A stretch of DNA of 64,000 bases, from assembly GCA_044226015.1 (NCBI GenBank), contig JBGAHS010000011.1, positions 128,001 to 192,000 on the forward strand, given 5' to 3'. This DNA comes from Candidatus Obscuribacteraceae bacterium. Lineage in GTDB: Bacteria > Cyanobacteriota > Vampirovibrionia > Obscuribacterales > Obscuribacteraceae. The position numbers and the translations under genes are program-made. Numbering within the stretch: the first letter of the stretch is position 1; each line of letters starts with the position of its first letter. Under the pieces are notes generated by a model. That model saw only the letters and a list, made by a program, of their open reading frames with translations, ran no database searches and was not told the origin of the DNA. Shown here piece by piece: positions 1 to 8,721 of the stretch.

Positions 1-872
1 GCGATACTTCTCGTTAGCCCTGACGCCAGGCTGTGCACCTGACTGATTTTCCCGAGAGTTCCACCATCGGCAGCAGCTTGAGCCATTGCTCCAAGCTGTT
101 TGGCTGCACTGTTATCTAACGCGGCAGCACCTGCGACCCAGTTACCAGGCGTAAAATTGTAGGTGTTCAAAGCAGATTGTCCAGCAAACACTACTGATGC
201 TACACCGAACAAGGAGTAGCCGCGCTTTGCTTTGCCGGCATTGGTTGTTGAGGTAGTAGAATAAGTAGGTTGAAGAATAGCCCTCACCCAGCGAGTAGCG
301 CCAGTGCCCGGCATGGTTGCCTGAGCCACTACCATTCTGTACACGCCCTTGTTGCCGTGTAGTCCGCCAACATTGCCACCAGTAACATTGGTCGCCAATT
401 CGAGATTCTGGTCATATAAAGAAGAGGGGTTATTACCCGAGTACTGAGGTGTAGCCGGGTTAGGTCCAACAACAGGACCTGGTGGGTTGCCGATTGCAGC
501 TACCATTACTTTTACAGTTGCATTAGAGCCGGTGCCTAAGACATTCTGCGGTACATCAATCCATGGAGTTTTTGCCCCCAGTGTGGCAGCACTACCGAGC
601 GACGGGCTAGTTCCAATAACCTGCATGACATCGAAAGTGGTATTACCGGAGTTAATCTGAGCAATAGCATAGTCGATTGCCATTTCAGAAGTGGCTCTCA
701 ACTTATAGTCTGAATTCATTGTTGTGACGCTATGAAAGAGCGGCATGATCGTTGCGAACATCGCAGAGACCATGAGCATCACAACCACCCCAACAGCCAT
801 CACCGAGGCAAGTGACATCCCTTTTTGATTTCTTTGTACTCGCATTCGCAATTTCGGATGATTAGGAAACAT
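1..872 (-). CDS. PilX-like minor pilin / pilus-tip protein, 3' end runs off the window
   Basis: Not in ORF track; translated by hand from ATG at 872 (GAGGT RBS upstream): MFPNHPKLRMRVQRNQKG|MSLASVMAVGVVVMLMVSAMFATIMP...LRATSEMAIDYAIAQIN. Basic leader + Gly + hydrophobic helix; paralogous to 5163..7310 (ERG|ISLATILAIG...ARAAAEAALDYTLNQMN). Confidence 0.75.
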   Translation of the reverse strand, partial: MFPNHPKLRMRVQRNQKGMSLASVMAVGVVVMLMVSAMFATIMPLFHSVTTMNSDYKLRATSEMAIDYAIAQINSGNTTFDVMQVIGTSPSLGSAATLGAKTPWIDVPQNVLGTGSNATVKVMVAAIGNPPGPVVGPNPATPQYSGNNPSSLYDQNLELATNVTGGNVGGLHGNKGVYRMVVAQATMPGTGATRWVRAILQPTYSTTSTTNAGKAKRGYSLFGVASVVFAGQSALNTYNFTPGNWVAGAAALDNSAAKQLGAMAQAAADGGTLGKISQVHSLASGLTRSI

Positions 873-921
873 AGAGACTACCTCAAATAAAGAACAACGA
901 CACGACTGACAAAAATATCTA

Positions 922-1947
922 TTAGGGTTGTGTGGTGCCCAGTCGGGGTACCAGACACGAAGCCTGACTGTTATTACGCAAATACATTTCCGTTCTTAAT
1001 GGCATGACAGATGCTCGGTGTGCAGCATCCTGGCTCATCAACTGCAGATTCAACATAACGCCAACGAAATTACCAAGTTCGCTTTCATTCGCTCCGTCTG
1101 CACTAAAATCTGTTTGCAGCGGCCCATTCACTGGTCCAAGTGCATACGCATTGTTTCTATGAACATACTCAAAAGCAGCAATCTTGGTCGGGTCTGCAGG
1201 ATTCAGTGGTCCAATGATGCCACTCACCAGGGTTATGGGAGAGCCTGCGGTCATCGATGCAGGCATGTTTGTGTTTGCGACCACACCACCAGCACCTCGG
1301 GCAGGCCACACAGCCATCTGAAGCTGATAGAAATTAACACCATTAGCCTGTGTCCGAGCTTGGTCTGGAACGACTTTGAAAACATAGGTATCCGTCATCG
1401 GCAGATAGATTGTTGATCCGCCAGTGATATAAGGATTGGCTCGTGGCCAGCCATTACTATCAAAAACAGGAACTTGAACCACGAGAGTATCCGGTCCAAT
1501 GCGATAAGGTCCATTTCCCCATGCTGCTGGATAATTCGGTAGAGTTACGTAAAACGGATTAGCTGCAGAGGGGAATGCTGCTGACATGATGTTAGCGCCC
1601 TCGGCAAGTCCATAAGATGGGTCTGTCCCGGTAATAGCACTTTGCCAGTCGGTAGTAACACCAGCCCCGATGGCGCCAGCATAACTGGGAGCATCCATCG
1701 ACATATTGCCCTGAATGTCTCCCAGATTTCTTGCCATTCTAACAATACGACCAATTCTATCTGCGCCGAATCGAGCGCCAGATATATTGTCGGTTCTGGT
1801 CATAAGCTTATTGCTCTCTACTACATTTATAGTGAGCATTCCCATGATTGCCATTGCAACGAACGAGAAGATCAGTGTTGCCACCAACAGGGAGATTAAG
1901 CTATCACCCTTTGCGGAACGAATTTTCTGTTTGATTGTTCTACGCAT
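922..1947 (-). CDS. PilW/PulJ-like minor pilin
   Basis: Basic leader KIRSAKG|DSLISLLVATLIFSFVAMAIM; shares LVVQVPVFDSNG and C-terminal YLRNN with 4115..5119. Confidence 0.7.
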   Translation of the reverse strand: MRRTIKQKIRSAKGDSLISLLVATLIFSFVAMAIMGMLTINVVESNKLMTRTDNISGARFGADRIGRIVRMARNLGDIQGNMSMDAPSYAGAIGAGVTTDWQSAITGTDPSYGLAEGANIMSAAFPSAANPFYVTLPNYPAAWGNGPYRIGPDTLVVQVPVFDSNGWPRANPYITGGSTIYLPMTDTYVFKVVPDQARTQANGVNFYQLQMAVWPARGAGGVVANTNMPASMTAGSPITLVSGIIGPLNPADPTKIAAFEYVHRNNAYALGPVNGPLQTDFSADGANESELGNFVGVMLNLQLMSQDAAHRASVMPLRTEMYLRNNSQASCLVPRLGTTQP

Positions 1948-1963
1948 TTAACATCCGCTCCGT

Positions 1964-2557
1964 TTAGCTTGTCAAACCATTGTCTGTAATCATCGAACTT
2001 AATCTGTACTCTCGAACGGCGCCAGACGTGTCCAAATACCTCACTGTAACTGTAGCGCTGATGGAATGAATCGGAATTGGACCCGCTTGAATTTCAACCT
2101 TCACGGTGTCGTCACTCAATCCCGTGTCGGGATTGATAGTATGGAACGTATAGGCTGAATGACCCATTACGTACTCATTGCCATTAGTGGTGGTGGTATT
2201 GCCATTGTTCGTGGTCGTGGTACTTCCAGAATAGTCCAGGTTGGTGTCATGCATCAGAGCACGAGGGAAGAGCTCATTGTTTGGATCTCCAGCTCCGTTG
2301 ACCTGGGGATAAACACTTGTCCCGATCGCATCGGAAACAACATCAAACTGTTGAACTCTAAGTTGATCGATACATTCTTGAGCCACGTTCATAGCGTACA
2401 ACTCACCTTGCGTCATGTTGGTGGCACGACGAACTTGTGTATACATCTGAGCCAGTGCGGCGGCGATGATGCTTGCTACTAAAACGGCAACGAGTGCCTC
2501 AACAATGAAACTACCTTTTTTCGATCTCTTACGTTTGGGAGTAATCGAATTTCTCAT
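1964..2557 (-). CDS. PilV/PulI-like minor pilin
   Basis: Class III signal KRSKKG|SFIVEALVAVLV (Glu at +5), AMNVAQECIDQLR helix, C-terminal VTVRY...Y.LSS.I..NG; GAGG/GGAG RBS. Confidence 0.75.
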   Translation of the reverse strand: MRNSITPKRKRSKKGSFIVEALVAVLVASIIAAALAQMYTQVRRATNMTQGELYAMNVAQECIDQLRVQQFDVVSDAIGTSVYPQVNGAGDPNNELFPRALMHDTNLDYSGSTTTTNNGNTTTTNGNEYVMGHSAYTFHTINPDTGLSDDTVKVEIQAGPIPIHSISATVTVRYLDTSGAVREYRLSSMITDNGLTS

Positions 2558-2793
2558 GCTCCATCCTCAAAGGAAGTGATGACAGTAAAACTAAACGATG
2601 CGGGAACCTTAATTCCATTATTCCCTTTAGGTCCTTGGAATCCTAGAGGCTGCAATGGGTTTTGTGAGTTAACTTTTATGTTCAGTGAAATACACAGCCA
2701 GAAAGGTAGTCATTTCAATACTTTCTGGTCACAATCTTTGTGCCACCGATGTTAACCCGACTTAACAATGAATTCGTTTTTGTAAAAATGAGC

Positions 2794-3408
2794 CTAGTGC
2801 TGGATATTCAAGCTTCGAAAAATCCTATCCGCTTCTTTGACTGAGTTCTGTGATTCACATGTTGAAAAACCCAAAATCAGAGTGCTCTCTTTCGTCCCAG
2901 CCAATACAAAACCGTGCTGTAGTATCTCACCCTTCTGTCCTGGCTCTGTGGCGCTCCAGCTTTGTTTTACAAAGTTATGCTCTGCCAGTCTGAATTCGGT
3001 CACGGGAGACTCAGTCCAATTTACGCGATGAGTTTTTCGAATCGAAATCATCGCGCTTTCTAAACTCTCTTTTGCAGAATCAACATGATTCTTTTTCTGA
3101 GGAACAATGCTAATAAGCAAAAAAGGGCGCTGCTCTTTGCTTCGCTTGGGTTCAAAGAAGTAAAAGTTGCAAGAGTAATAATTACGAGAACGGCTTATGG
3201 AGACGTTTTTTGGAACCATTAAGCTAAAGCTGAGAGGTGAATCAGACTTTGTTACAAAAAACTTCTGATCCCCGACTTCTTCAGCAAGCTTGGCCGATGA
3301 ACTTTTTGATTTCGTCTCTTTCTGATTAGCAGCAACTGCCAAAGGCAGATGCAAGCTTGCAAGAAAGGAGAGCAGAACAAAAAATAGACTGGTTTTGAAG
3401 AATCTCAA
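2794..3408 (-). CDS. Hypothetical exported protein
   Basis: 204-aa ORF with Sec-type signal peptide (MRFFKTSLFFVLLSFLASLHLPLAVA); no motif recognised. Confidence 0.6.
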   Translation of the reverse strand: MRFFKTSLFFVLLSFLASLHLPLAVAANQKETKSKSSSAKLAEEVGDQKFFVTKSDSPLSFSLMVPKNVSISRSRNYYSCNFYFFEPKRSKEQRPFLLISIVPQKKNHVDSAKESLESAMISIRKTHRVNWTESPVTEFRLAEHNFVKQSWSATEPGQKGEILQHGFVLAGTKESTLILGFSTCESQNSVKEADRIFRSLNIQH

Positions 3409-3569
3409 TGGCTGACCTGATGCAATTTAATAAACCGAAAATCATCAGTTGAAAAACATATTTTTCCCAAAAGAAAAAAGTTTTCTCCATTTATTGAAAA
3501 AATACGTTTCCCCGACGTTGCCAAGTGGTACAAAAAGTATGTCCCCTCTCCCCCGCATCGGATTTTTCC

Positions 3570-4115
3570 ATGCATACAATCAAACCGCGACGGAGAACTC
3601 CCCCAGGTTCTGCGCGCAGGAGCACATACGGCAATTCCCTCGTGGAAATGGTCGTTGGTGTTCTTGTTAGCAGCATATTCGCTGCAGCCGTGGTGCAAAG
3701 CATGTCACAAGGTCTCTCACTCACGAGTGGAGCCCAGAATCAAGTGGTAGCTTCAAGCATGGCGCAGGAAGTACTCGATGCTGCGCGCAATTTGCCTTTT
3801 GCAACTTTGACCTCATATCAGGGGTCGTGGCCGCTTATCGTGCAGTTACAGCAGGGCGATGGTCCTATTAACTGCCCTCCTTATCCGCGTCCTCTGTTGC
3901 TGGACAATTCTAATTTCACCTATGGAACTTCGCAGTATGGCTCTCAAGCCATCACAAACACTCTGACAGCTAATACTTGTTCTGCTACTGAAGATATCGT
4001 CAGTAACAGCGACAACACTTGCACTGTCACCGTCACCATCAATTGGAGAGATAGCACGGGCAATCATTCATATCAGGTAAGCACACGCATCGCACAAAAT
4101 GGAATCGGAGTCTGA
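3570..4115 (+). CDS. PilV/PulI-like minor pilin (ATG 3570 preferred over track start 3525)
   Basis: RRSTYG|NSLVEMVVGVLV (Glu +5), ASSMAQEVLDAAR, VTVTINWRD...YQVSTRIAQNG; paralog of 1964..2557; stop overlaps next start. Confidence 0.75.
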   Translation: MHTIKPRRRTPPGSARRSTYGNSLVEMVVGVLVSSIFAAAVVQSMSQGLSLTSGAQNQVVASSMAQEVLDAARNLPFATLTSYQGSWPLIVQLQQGDGPINCPPYPRPLLLDNSNFTYGTSQYGSQAITNTLTANTCSATEDIVSNSDNTCTVTVTINWRDSTGNHSYQVSTRIAQNGIGV

Positions 4116-5119
4116 TGAGTAAAGCTGATCAAAAGCAATCTCTAAGAAACCAGCAAGGTGAAAGCCTTGTTGGTTTGCTCGTTTCATTGACGGTTTCTGC
4201 TTTTGTCGCTGCTGGAATGATGGGACTTGCATACCTTAACTCATCTACAAATGTCAGAGCCATCAACAAGTGTGATTCTGTCAACGCCGCTAGAACTGCA
4301 GTAGATCAGATCAGCAATACGGTGCGCTCGGCTCGCTGCGTTGGCAGCATGTGGGGAACGGTTCAACCTATTCAAGTTCCGCCTGTTGATTGGTCAGCGC
4401 TCACCAGTGGCGCCAGCACGAATACTGCCGCAATAAATTTCAATGTATTCCCCAGCCAGGGCAATTCGACAGGTTACATAGACTTTCCCGCACCTGGCGA
4501 TCCGTTTTACGGCAGCAATCCGATCACAGGTAATGGTACTCCCCCTGGTGGCTGGCCTAGTTCTGATGCGTGGGTCAGCGATTCCGATGTTTCAGATCCA
4601 GCAGCAAGATGGCATTGCAGCCAGACCTGTCTCATAGTGCAGGTTCCAGTATTTGACTCAAATGGAATTCCAATGGGAATTCCGTGGCCACAAAATCAGC
4701 CACTACAAAACATACCTGTTATGGACACTATCGTTTATCGAGTTTCACCAGACCTTTCACCTGAAGCACCACCCAACACCTTCAAGATGGAGAAGGCTGT
4801 ATTTCCAGCACAAGGTGTTCCGCGTCCTGCAGGGTATTCTGCGAATTCACAAGCTCAAACTATATTAAAAGGAATCATTGGACCCTTCGACCCGAATGGT
4901 ACTGGCTCTCTCCGCATTTTCCAGTACCTGAGCAACTCAAACCCACAAGCAGTTTGTTTCCAACCTACCACCACAAGCGGTGCCACAAATATAAGCAGCA
5001 TCGGTGGAGTTTCCATAAACGTCGAAGTGCTGAGGCAGGAGGCTGGCAAATCGCATCTTGCTTCTCTCCAATTCAAAAGCGATGTATACATGCGCAACAA
5101 TGTGGCCTTCACAAACTAA
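4115..5119 (+). CDS. PilW/PulJ-like minor pilin
   Basis: RNQQG|ESLVGLLVSLTVSAFVAAGMM; LIVQVPVFDSNG; C-terminal VYMRNN; paralog of 922..1947. Confidence 0.7.
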   Translation: MSKADQKQSLRNQQGESLVGLLVSLTVSAFVAAGMMGLAYLNSSTNVRAINKCDSVNAARTAVDQISNTVRSARCVGSMWGTVQPIQVPPVDWSALTSGASTNTAAINFNVFPSQGNSTGYIDFPAPGDPFYGSNPITGNGTPPGGWPSSDAWVSDSDVSDPAARWHCSQTCLIVQVPVFDSNGIPMGIPWPQNQPLQNIPVMDTIVYRVSPDLSPEAPPNTFKMEKAVFPAQGVPRPAGYSANSQAQTILKGIIGPFDPNGTGSLRIFQYLSNSNPQAVCFQPTTTSGATNISSIGGVSINVEVLRQEAGKSHLASLQFKSDVYMRNNVAFTN

Positions 5120-5162
5120 ACATGTTCGAACCGATCAAATCCCTCCCCCCAGGAAACAGATC

Positions 5163-7310
5163 ATGATAAAGCGCCGAAAATCCGAAAGAGCTAGCTCGCC
5201 ACCATCATCCAGAGATGAGCGCGGTATATCTTTAGCTACAATCCTTGCAATTGGCACAGTCTCTTCATTGTGGATAACTGCAATGATGGCAATCGTTATG
5301 CCCACATACCAGAAGACAGCAAGCTTGAAATCAGGCACCGCAGCCAGAGCTGCAGCAGAAGCAGCGCTCGACTACACATTGAACCAAATGAACAACTCTA
5401 TATCGCAGGGACAAATTTCTAGTTATGACTGTGACCCGACAACTGTAGGTTCGAGCAAACTGAGTACAATAAGTCCGTCAGCACTTGGTCTTTCCCAGAG
5501 CAATGCCACCATTAAAGTTTTGGTGCAAAACGTAGCCCTGGCAGGACCACAATCAGGCTCTTTGACGCAGCCTATGATTTTCGACCCTCAACTTGCACAA
5601 CTCATTAACAGCGGCAAGTTAGCAAATCCATACAGACAACTCACTGCATCTGTGACTATTGGAAGTGTGACAAAACTTTTGCGAGTGACGCTGGTTCCTC
5701 AATCTGTCCGACCAAGCAACGGCTCTACAAATGGGACGGTTTTTCCGACCATGCCCTTTGCGATATATGGAGTCAACCAAACTGCCTTTGTTGGATCCGT
5801 TGGACTAAATAGTTACGTTGGCAAATCAAATGGACATGGGGCCTACGTGGACCCTCCCGCACCGCGTCCAGCCATGTTAGACCCAAGGGTTCGCGCTGAC
5901 TTCGGAAGTGGTACCACTGTAAATCAGGTGGGCTATGGTAGCAGCTTCAGTGGCATGGCACTGGGCGGAACCCAAATGGAATTTTGCGACCCAATCGTCA
6001 GCGGAACACAGGCAGCAAGCGCAATAGCACAAATGTACAATGCTTCTGCTGTGGCAAAAGCACCCTGGGTTGATGTTTACGATAACGTTTATTCCAATTA
6101 TCCAAACGCAGGTGACGTGAGCAATCCCGTCAAAGGCATCGTTTACGCAGACAAGACTACTGCAGGTTTGCCGGGCTCTGGCTACATTCCAAGAGGCTGG
6201 GATAACTCGACCGCTAATGGGTCAAATCAGAATAGCTATAACAATGTTTTTGGCTTAAGCAATACTATGGGATATTATCCATTCGACCATGCATCATGGG
6301 GTGATGCGAACTACAATGCCTCTACGATGTATCCCAGCGTCGCCGACAATAACAATATGGGAGGAGTGCTTTCAAGCGCACAACAATACTCAAAACCACA
6401 GATTCCGCCAGTTCCCACTTCACCTAGCACCGCAGTGCATTTAGGAAATATCAACCTCTCAGGCTCTGCTCAAATAGTAATCACTAAAGCAGCCCCCATG
6501 CCTACAGCACAAATTGGCAGTATCAGCAAGGGCACAATACTGCTTCCGCCAGGCGACTACAGCATTACAGGGCTGTCGATGACAGGCACATCAAAAATCA
6601 TAATCGACCCAACAGTTCAAAATCCGACAAACTTTTACCTCGAAGGAAACGTTTCCACCAATGCTGCTGTACCCGCAGTAAACATCGCAAACACATGCGA
6701 CATCAATATGAGTGGACTAATTCAAACTCCGGGTACAGCGAGCCTCTCAATAGGCAGTACCGGCTTCAACCTCAGCGGCAGCACTGGGGAAAATGGACAC
6801 GGTAGCACCATAAGCGGCACCAGCACTGCTATCAACAGAACATCTTCTATTAATGAGATTGCGGGCTCAGCTGGATTCTTGAACCTCTACTACAATGGAC
6901 CCGGCTCAGGAGCTTCTGCTGGTTCGCCATCAACACCACCAAGCACCACTTTTGCTTTTAATGGCAAACAGCGAATGACAGTGTTTGCACCAAACGCCAA
7001 CATCCTCATAGGCGCAGGCACAGACTATACGCGCCCGAGCGAGTTTTTCGGTGCTGTGGTTGGCAACTGGGTAACCGTGACTGGACCCCGACTAGCCAAC
7101 AATATTAGTTTCACTGCGTTCCATTACGATGTTAAATTGCGCCCGAATGGAGGAGCATTTACAAACCCAAATCAGACAGTTTCGGTTTGGGGTAATCCCA
7201 CTTCCGGAGACTGGACAATAGCTGGTGGCTACAAGGCAGTCACCTGGCAAGAAGCAAAAATACCGAGCAATGACCCAAGCGCCTGGTCGAATACAAGCAC
7301 CTGGCAGTAA
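5163..7310 (+). CDS. Large PilX-like protein with C-terminal beta-rich adhesin-like region (start probably ATG 5163)
   Basis: AGGA RBS at 5151; RDERG|ISLATILAIG; ARAAAEAALDY (PilX N-terminal pattern); C-terminal VFAPNANI...FFGAVVG...FHYD...VTWQE typical of PilX-like tip proteins. Confidence 0.7.
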   Translation: MIKRRKSERASSPPSSRDERGISLATILAIGTVSSLWITAMMAIVMPTYQKTASLKSGTAARAAAEAALDYTLNQMNNSISQGQISSYDCDPTTVGSSKLSTISPSALGLSQSNATIKVLVQNVALAGPQSGSLTQPMIFDPQLAQLINSGKLANPYRQLTASVTIGSVTKLLRVTLVPQSVRPSNGSTNGTVFPTMPFAIYGVNQTAFVGSVGLNSYVGKSNGHGAYVDPPAPRPAMLDPRVRADFGSGTTVNQVGYGSSFSGMALGGTQMEFCDPIVSGTQAASAIAQMYNASAVAKAPWVDVYDNVYSNYPNAGDVSNPVKGIVYADKTTAGLPGSGYIPRGWDNSTANGSNQNSYNNVFGLSNTMGYYPFDHASWGDANYNASTMYPSVADNNNMGGVLSSAQQYSKPQIPPVPTSPSTAVHLGNINLSGSAQIVITKAAPMPTAQIGSISKGTILLPPGDYSITGLSMTGTSKIIIDPTVQNPTNFYLEGNVSTNAAVPAVNIANTCDINMSGLIQTPGTASLSIGSTGFNLSGSTGENGHGSTISGTSTAINRTSSINEIAGSAGFLNLYYNGPGSGASAGSPSTPPSTTFAFNGKQRMTVFAPNANILIGAGTDYTRPSEFFGAVVGNWVTVTGPRLANNISFTAFHYDVKLRPNGGAFTNPNQTVSVWGNPTSGDWTIAGGYKAVTWQEAKIPSNDPSAWSNTSTWQ

Positions 7311-7315
7311 TTAAA

Positions 7316-7714
7316 TTAGGCTGCTCGACGAAATAGCGACGAGTTCACAAGAAACCGAAGTACTGGCAGCTGATATGGTTTAACTAGTTTCTGAGCCTCT
7401 TCTACGTCAACAAATTTTACCTTCTTCAAGGCGCCAGTGGCATGCGGTTTGCCTTCTACCATTTCGGCCGCAAAACAGGTCATTGTTTCGCACTTTCCTT
7501 TTTTTACAGAACCAACAAAAGCAAGATTTGCTGGTGCATCCATTTGAGCCTCTTCTTTGAGAACGCGCACAGCTGCTTCAGCGGTAGACTCAGCAACTAA
7601 GAGACGCGAGCGTGGAATACTCCATGACCTTCCGTTAAATACGAGAAGCACTTTGGTGCCTAACAAACACCTACGATAAATAACTATTCCAGCAGTCGTT
7701 TTCATAGTTTTCAT
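7316..7714 (-). CDS. NUDIX-fold protein with degenerate Nudix box
   Basis: TAGIVIYR...VLLV...WSIP(RS)...ESTAEAAVRVLKEEAQM; Nudix-box Gly and the Glu of RE are substituted. Confidence 0.65.
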   Translation of the reverse strand: MKTMKTTAGIVIYRRCLLGTKVLLVFNGRSWSIPRSRLLVAESTAEAAVRVLKEEAQMDAPANLAFVGSVKKGKCETMTCFAAEMVEGKPHATGALKKVKFVDVEEAQKLVKPYQLPVLRFLVNSSLFRRAA

Positions 7715-8040
7715 AAGTCCTTCCTCTCAACGAAAGTACTGACATCTGCGCATGATGACTGGGGTCTGGGCTTTTAGTTCCGCTTTTGAAAAGGTTCAGA
7801 AAAAAGTCCTCATTTTCAAAGCGCAAAAAGATGCTGCAAAAACAATTTTCCATTTAATGAAGACGAAAGAAATCAAAACTAGGAAAAACCCCTATTTTTT
7901 CGGGGATCCTCGATACAGCTGATTTCTAGAAGGTTCTATGATTTTTACTGTGATAGCGAATTCGACGTTCTCATCCTAAAAGAACCAACTTTCACCACCC
8001 GCAGTATCAACCGCATCATTATAAAACCGAGGAGAATGAA

Positions 8041-8652
8041 ATGAATACTCAAGTAAGCATGAAAAAGAGTTATGCAGATGTACCCACTGCAGACCTCGTA
8101 ATCATGGCGCAGAGAAAAGATGAAGCGGCACTGACTGAATTGCTAAAGCGACACAAAGCGTTCATATCCAACAGACTTTATAAGTTAGCACCAGATTGGA
8201 AGGATCAGTCAGATCTCATTCAAGAAGTTAATATCCGCGTTTGGCGATTCATCGGACAACTTAAGAAGGCTGCATCATTCCGTACCTGGCTATCCCAACT
8301 GATTCTGAACGTCTTCTACGATGAGCTGAGAAAGAGACCACGCGACTTTTATATGGTGTCTCTTGATGAGCCAATGTCAGACGACTCAACTGACACGCGT
8401 GATATTAAAGACGCATGTCAGCTTCCAGATGACGAACTCCTGGGCAAGGAACTGATGGCGGTGTTGACTGAAGCTATGAAGGACATTCCGGAACAGTTTA
8501 AGCAAGCTCAGTTACTCCGCGACATAAAAGGACTTTCCTATGAGGAGATTGCAAAGCTTACAGGTACTGAGCTGGGAACGGTGAAGTCACGTATTGCACG
8601 GGCGCGCTTGAGAATTCAACAGCGCGTAGCACCTTACCTCGAGTGTGCATAA
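8041..8652 (+). CDS. sigG: ECF (group 4) sigma-70 factor, cyanobacterial SigG-like
   Basis: LAPDW.D..DL.QEV.IRV, F..WLS....N.FYDELRKR, region 4 GLSYEEIAKLTGTELGTVKSRIARAR; GAGGAG RBS. Orthology to sigG is from recalled motifs. Confidence 0.8.
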   Translation: MNTQVSMKKSYADVPTADLVIMAQRKDEAALTELLKRHKAFISNRLYKLAPDWKDQSDLIQEVNIRVWRFIGQLKKAASFRTWLSQLILNVFYDELRKRPRDFYMVSLDEPMSDDSTDTRDIKDACQLPDDELLGKELMAVLTEAMKDIPEQFKQAQLLRDIKGLSYEEIAKLTGTELGTVKSRIARARLRIQQRVAPYLECA

Positions 8653-8689
8653 CTAAATCAATCAAGTTTAAATAAGCAGGAAACAGAGG

Positions 8690-8720
8690 GGCAAGCATGC
8701 GAAAGCAGCTTGCCTTTCTG
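8690..8720. terminator. Hairpin between convergent sigG and giant protein 1
   Basis: GGCAAGC-a-TGC-GAAA-GCA-GCTTGCC followed by TTTCT. Confidence 0.55.
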
Positions 8721-8721
8721 C

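Noticed and set aside
5058..5162. Extended N-terminus of the pilX-like ORF from the track
   Set aside because: Overlaps the pilW-like gene; RBS and basic prepilin leader fit ATG 5163.
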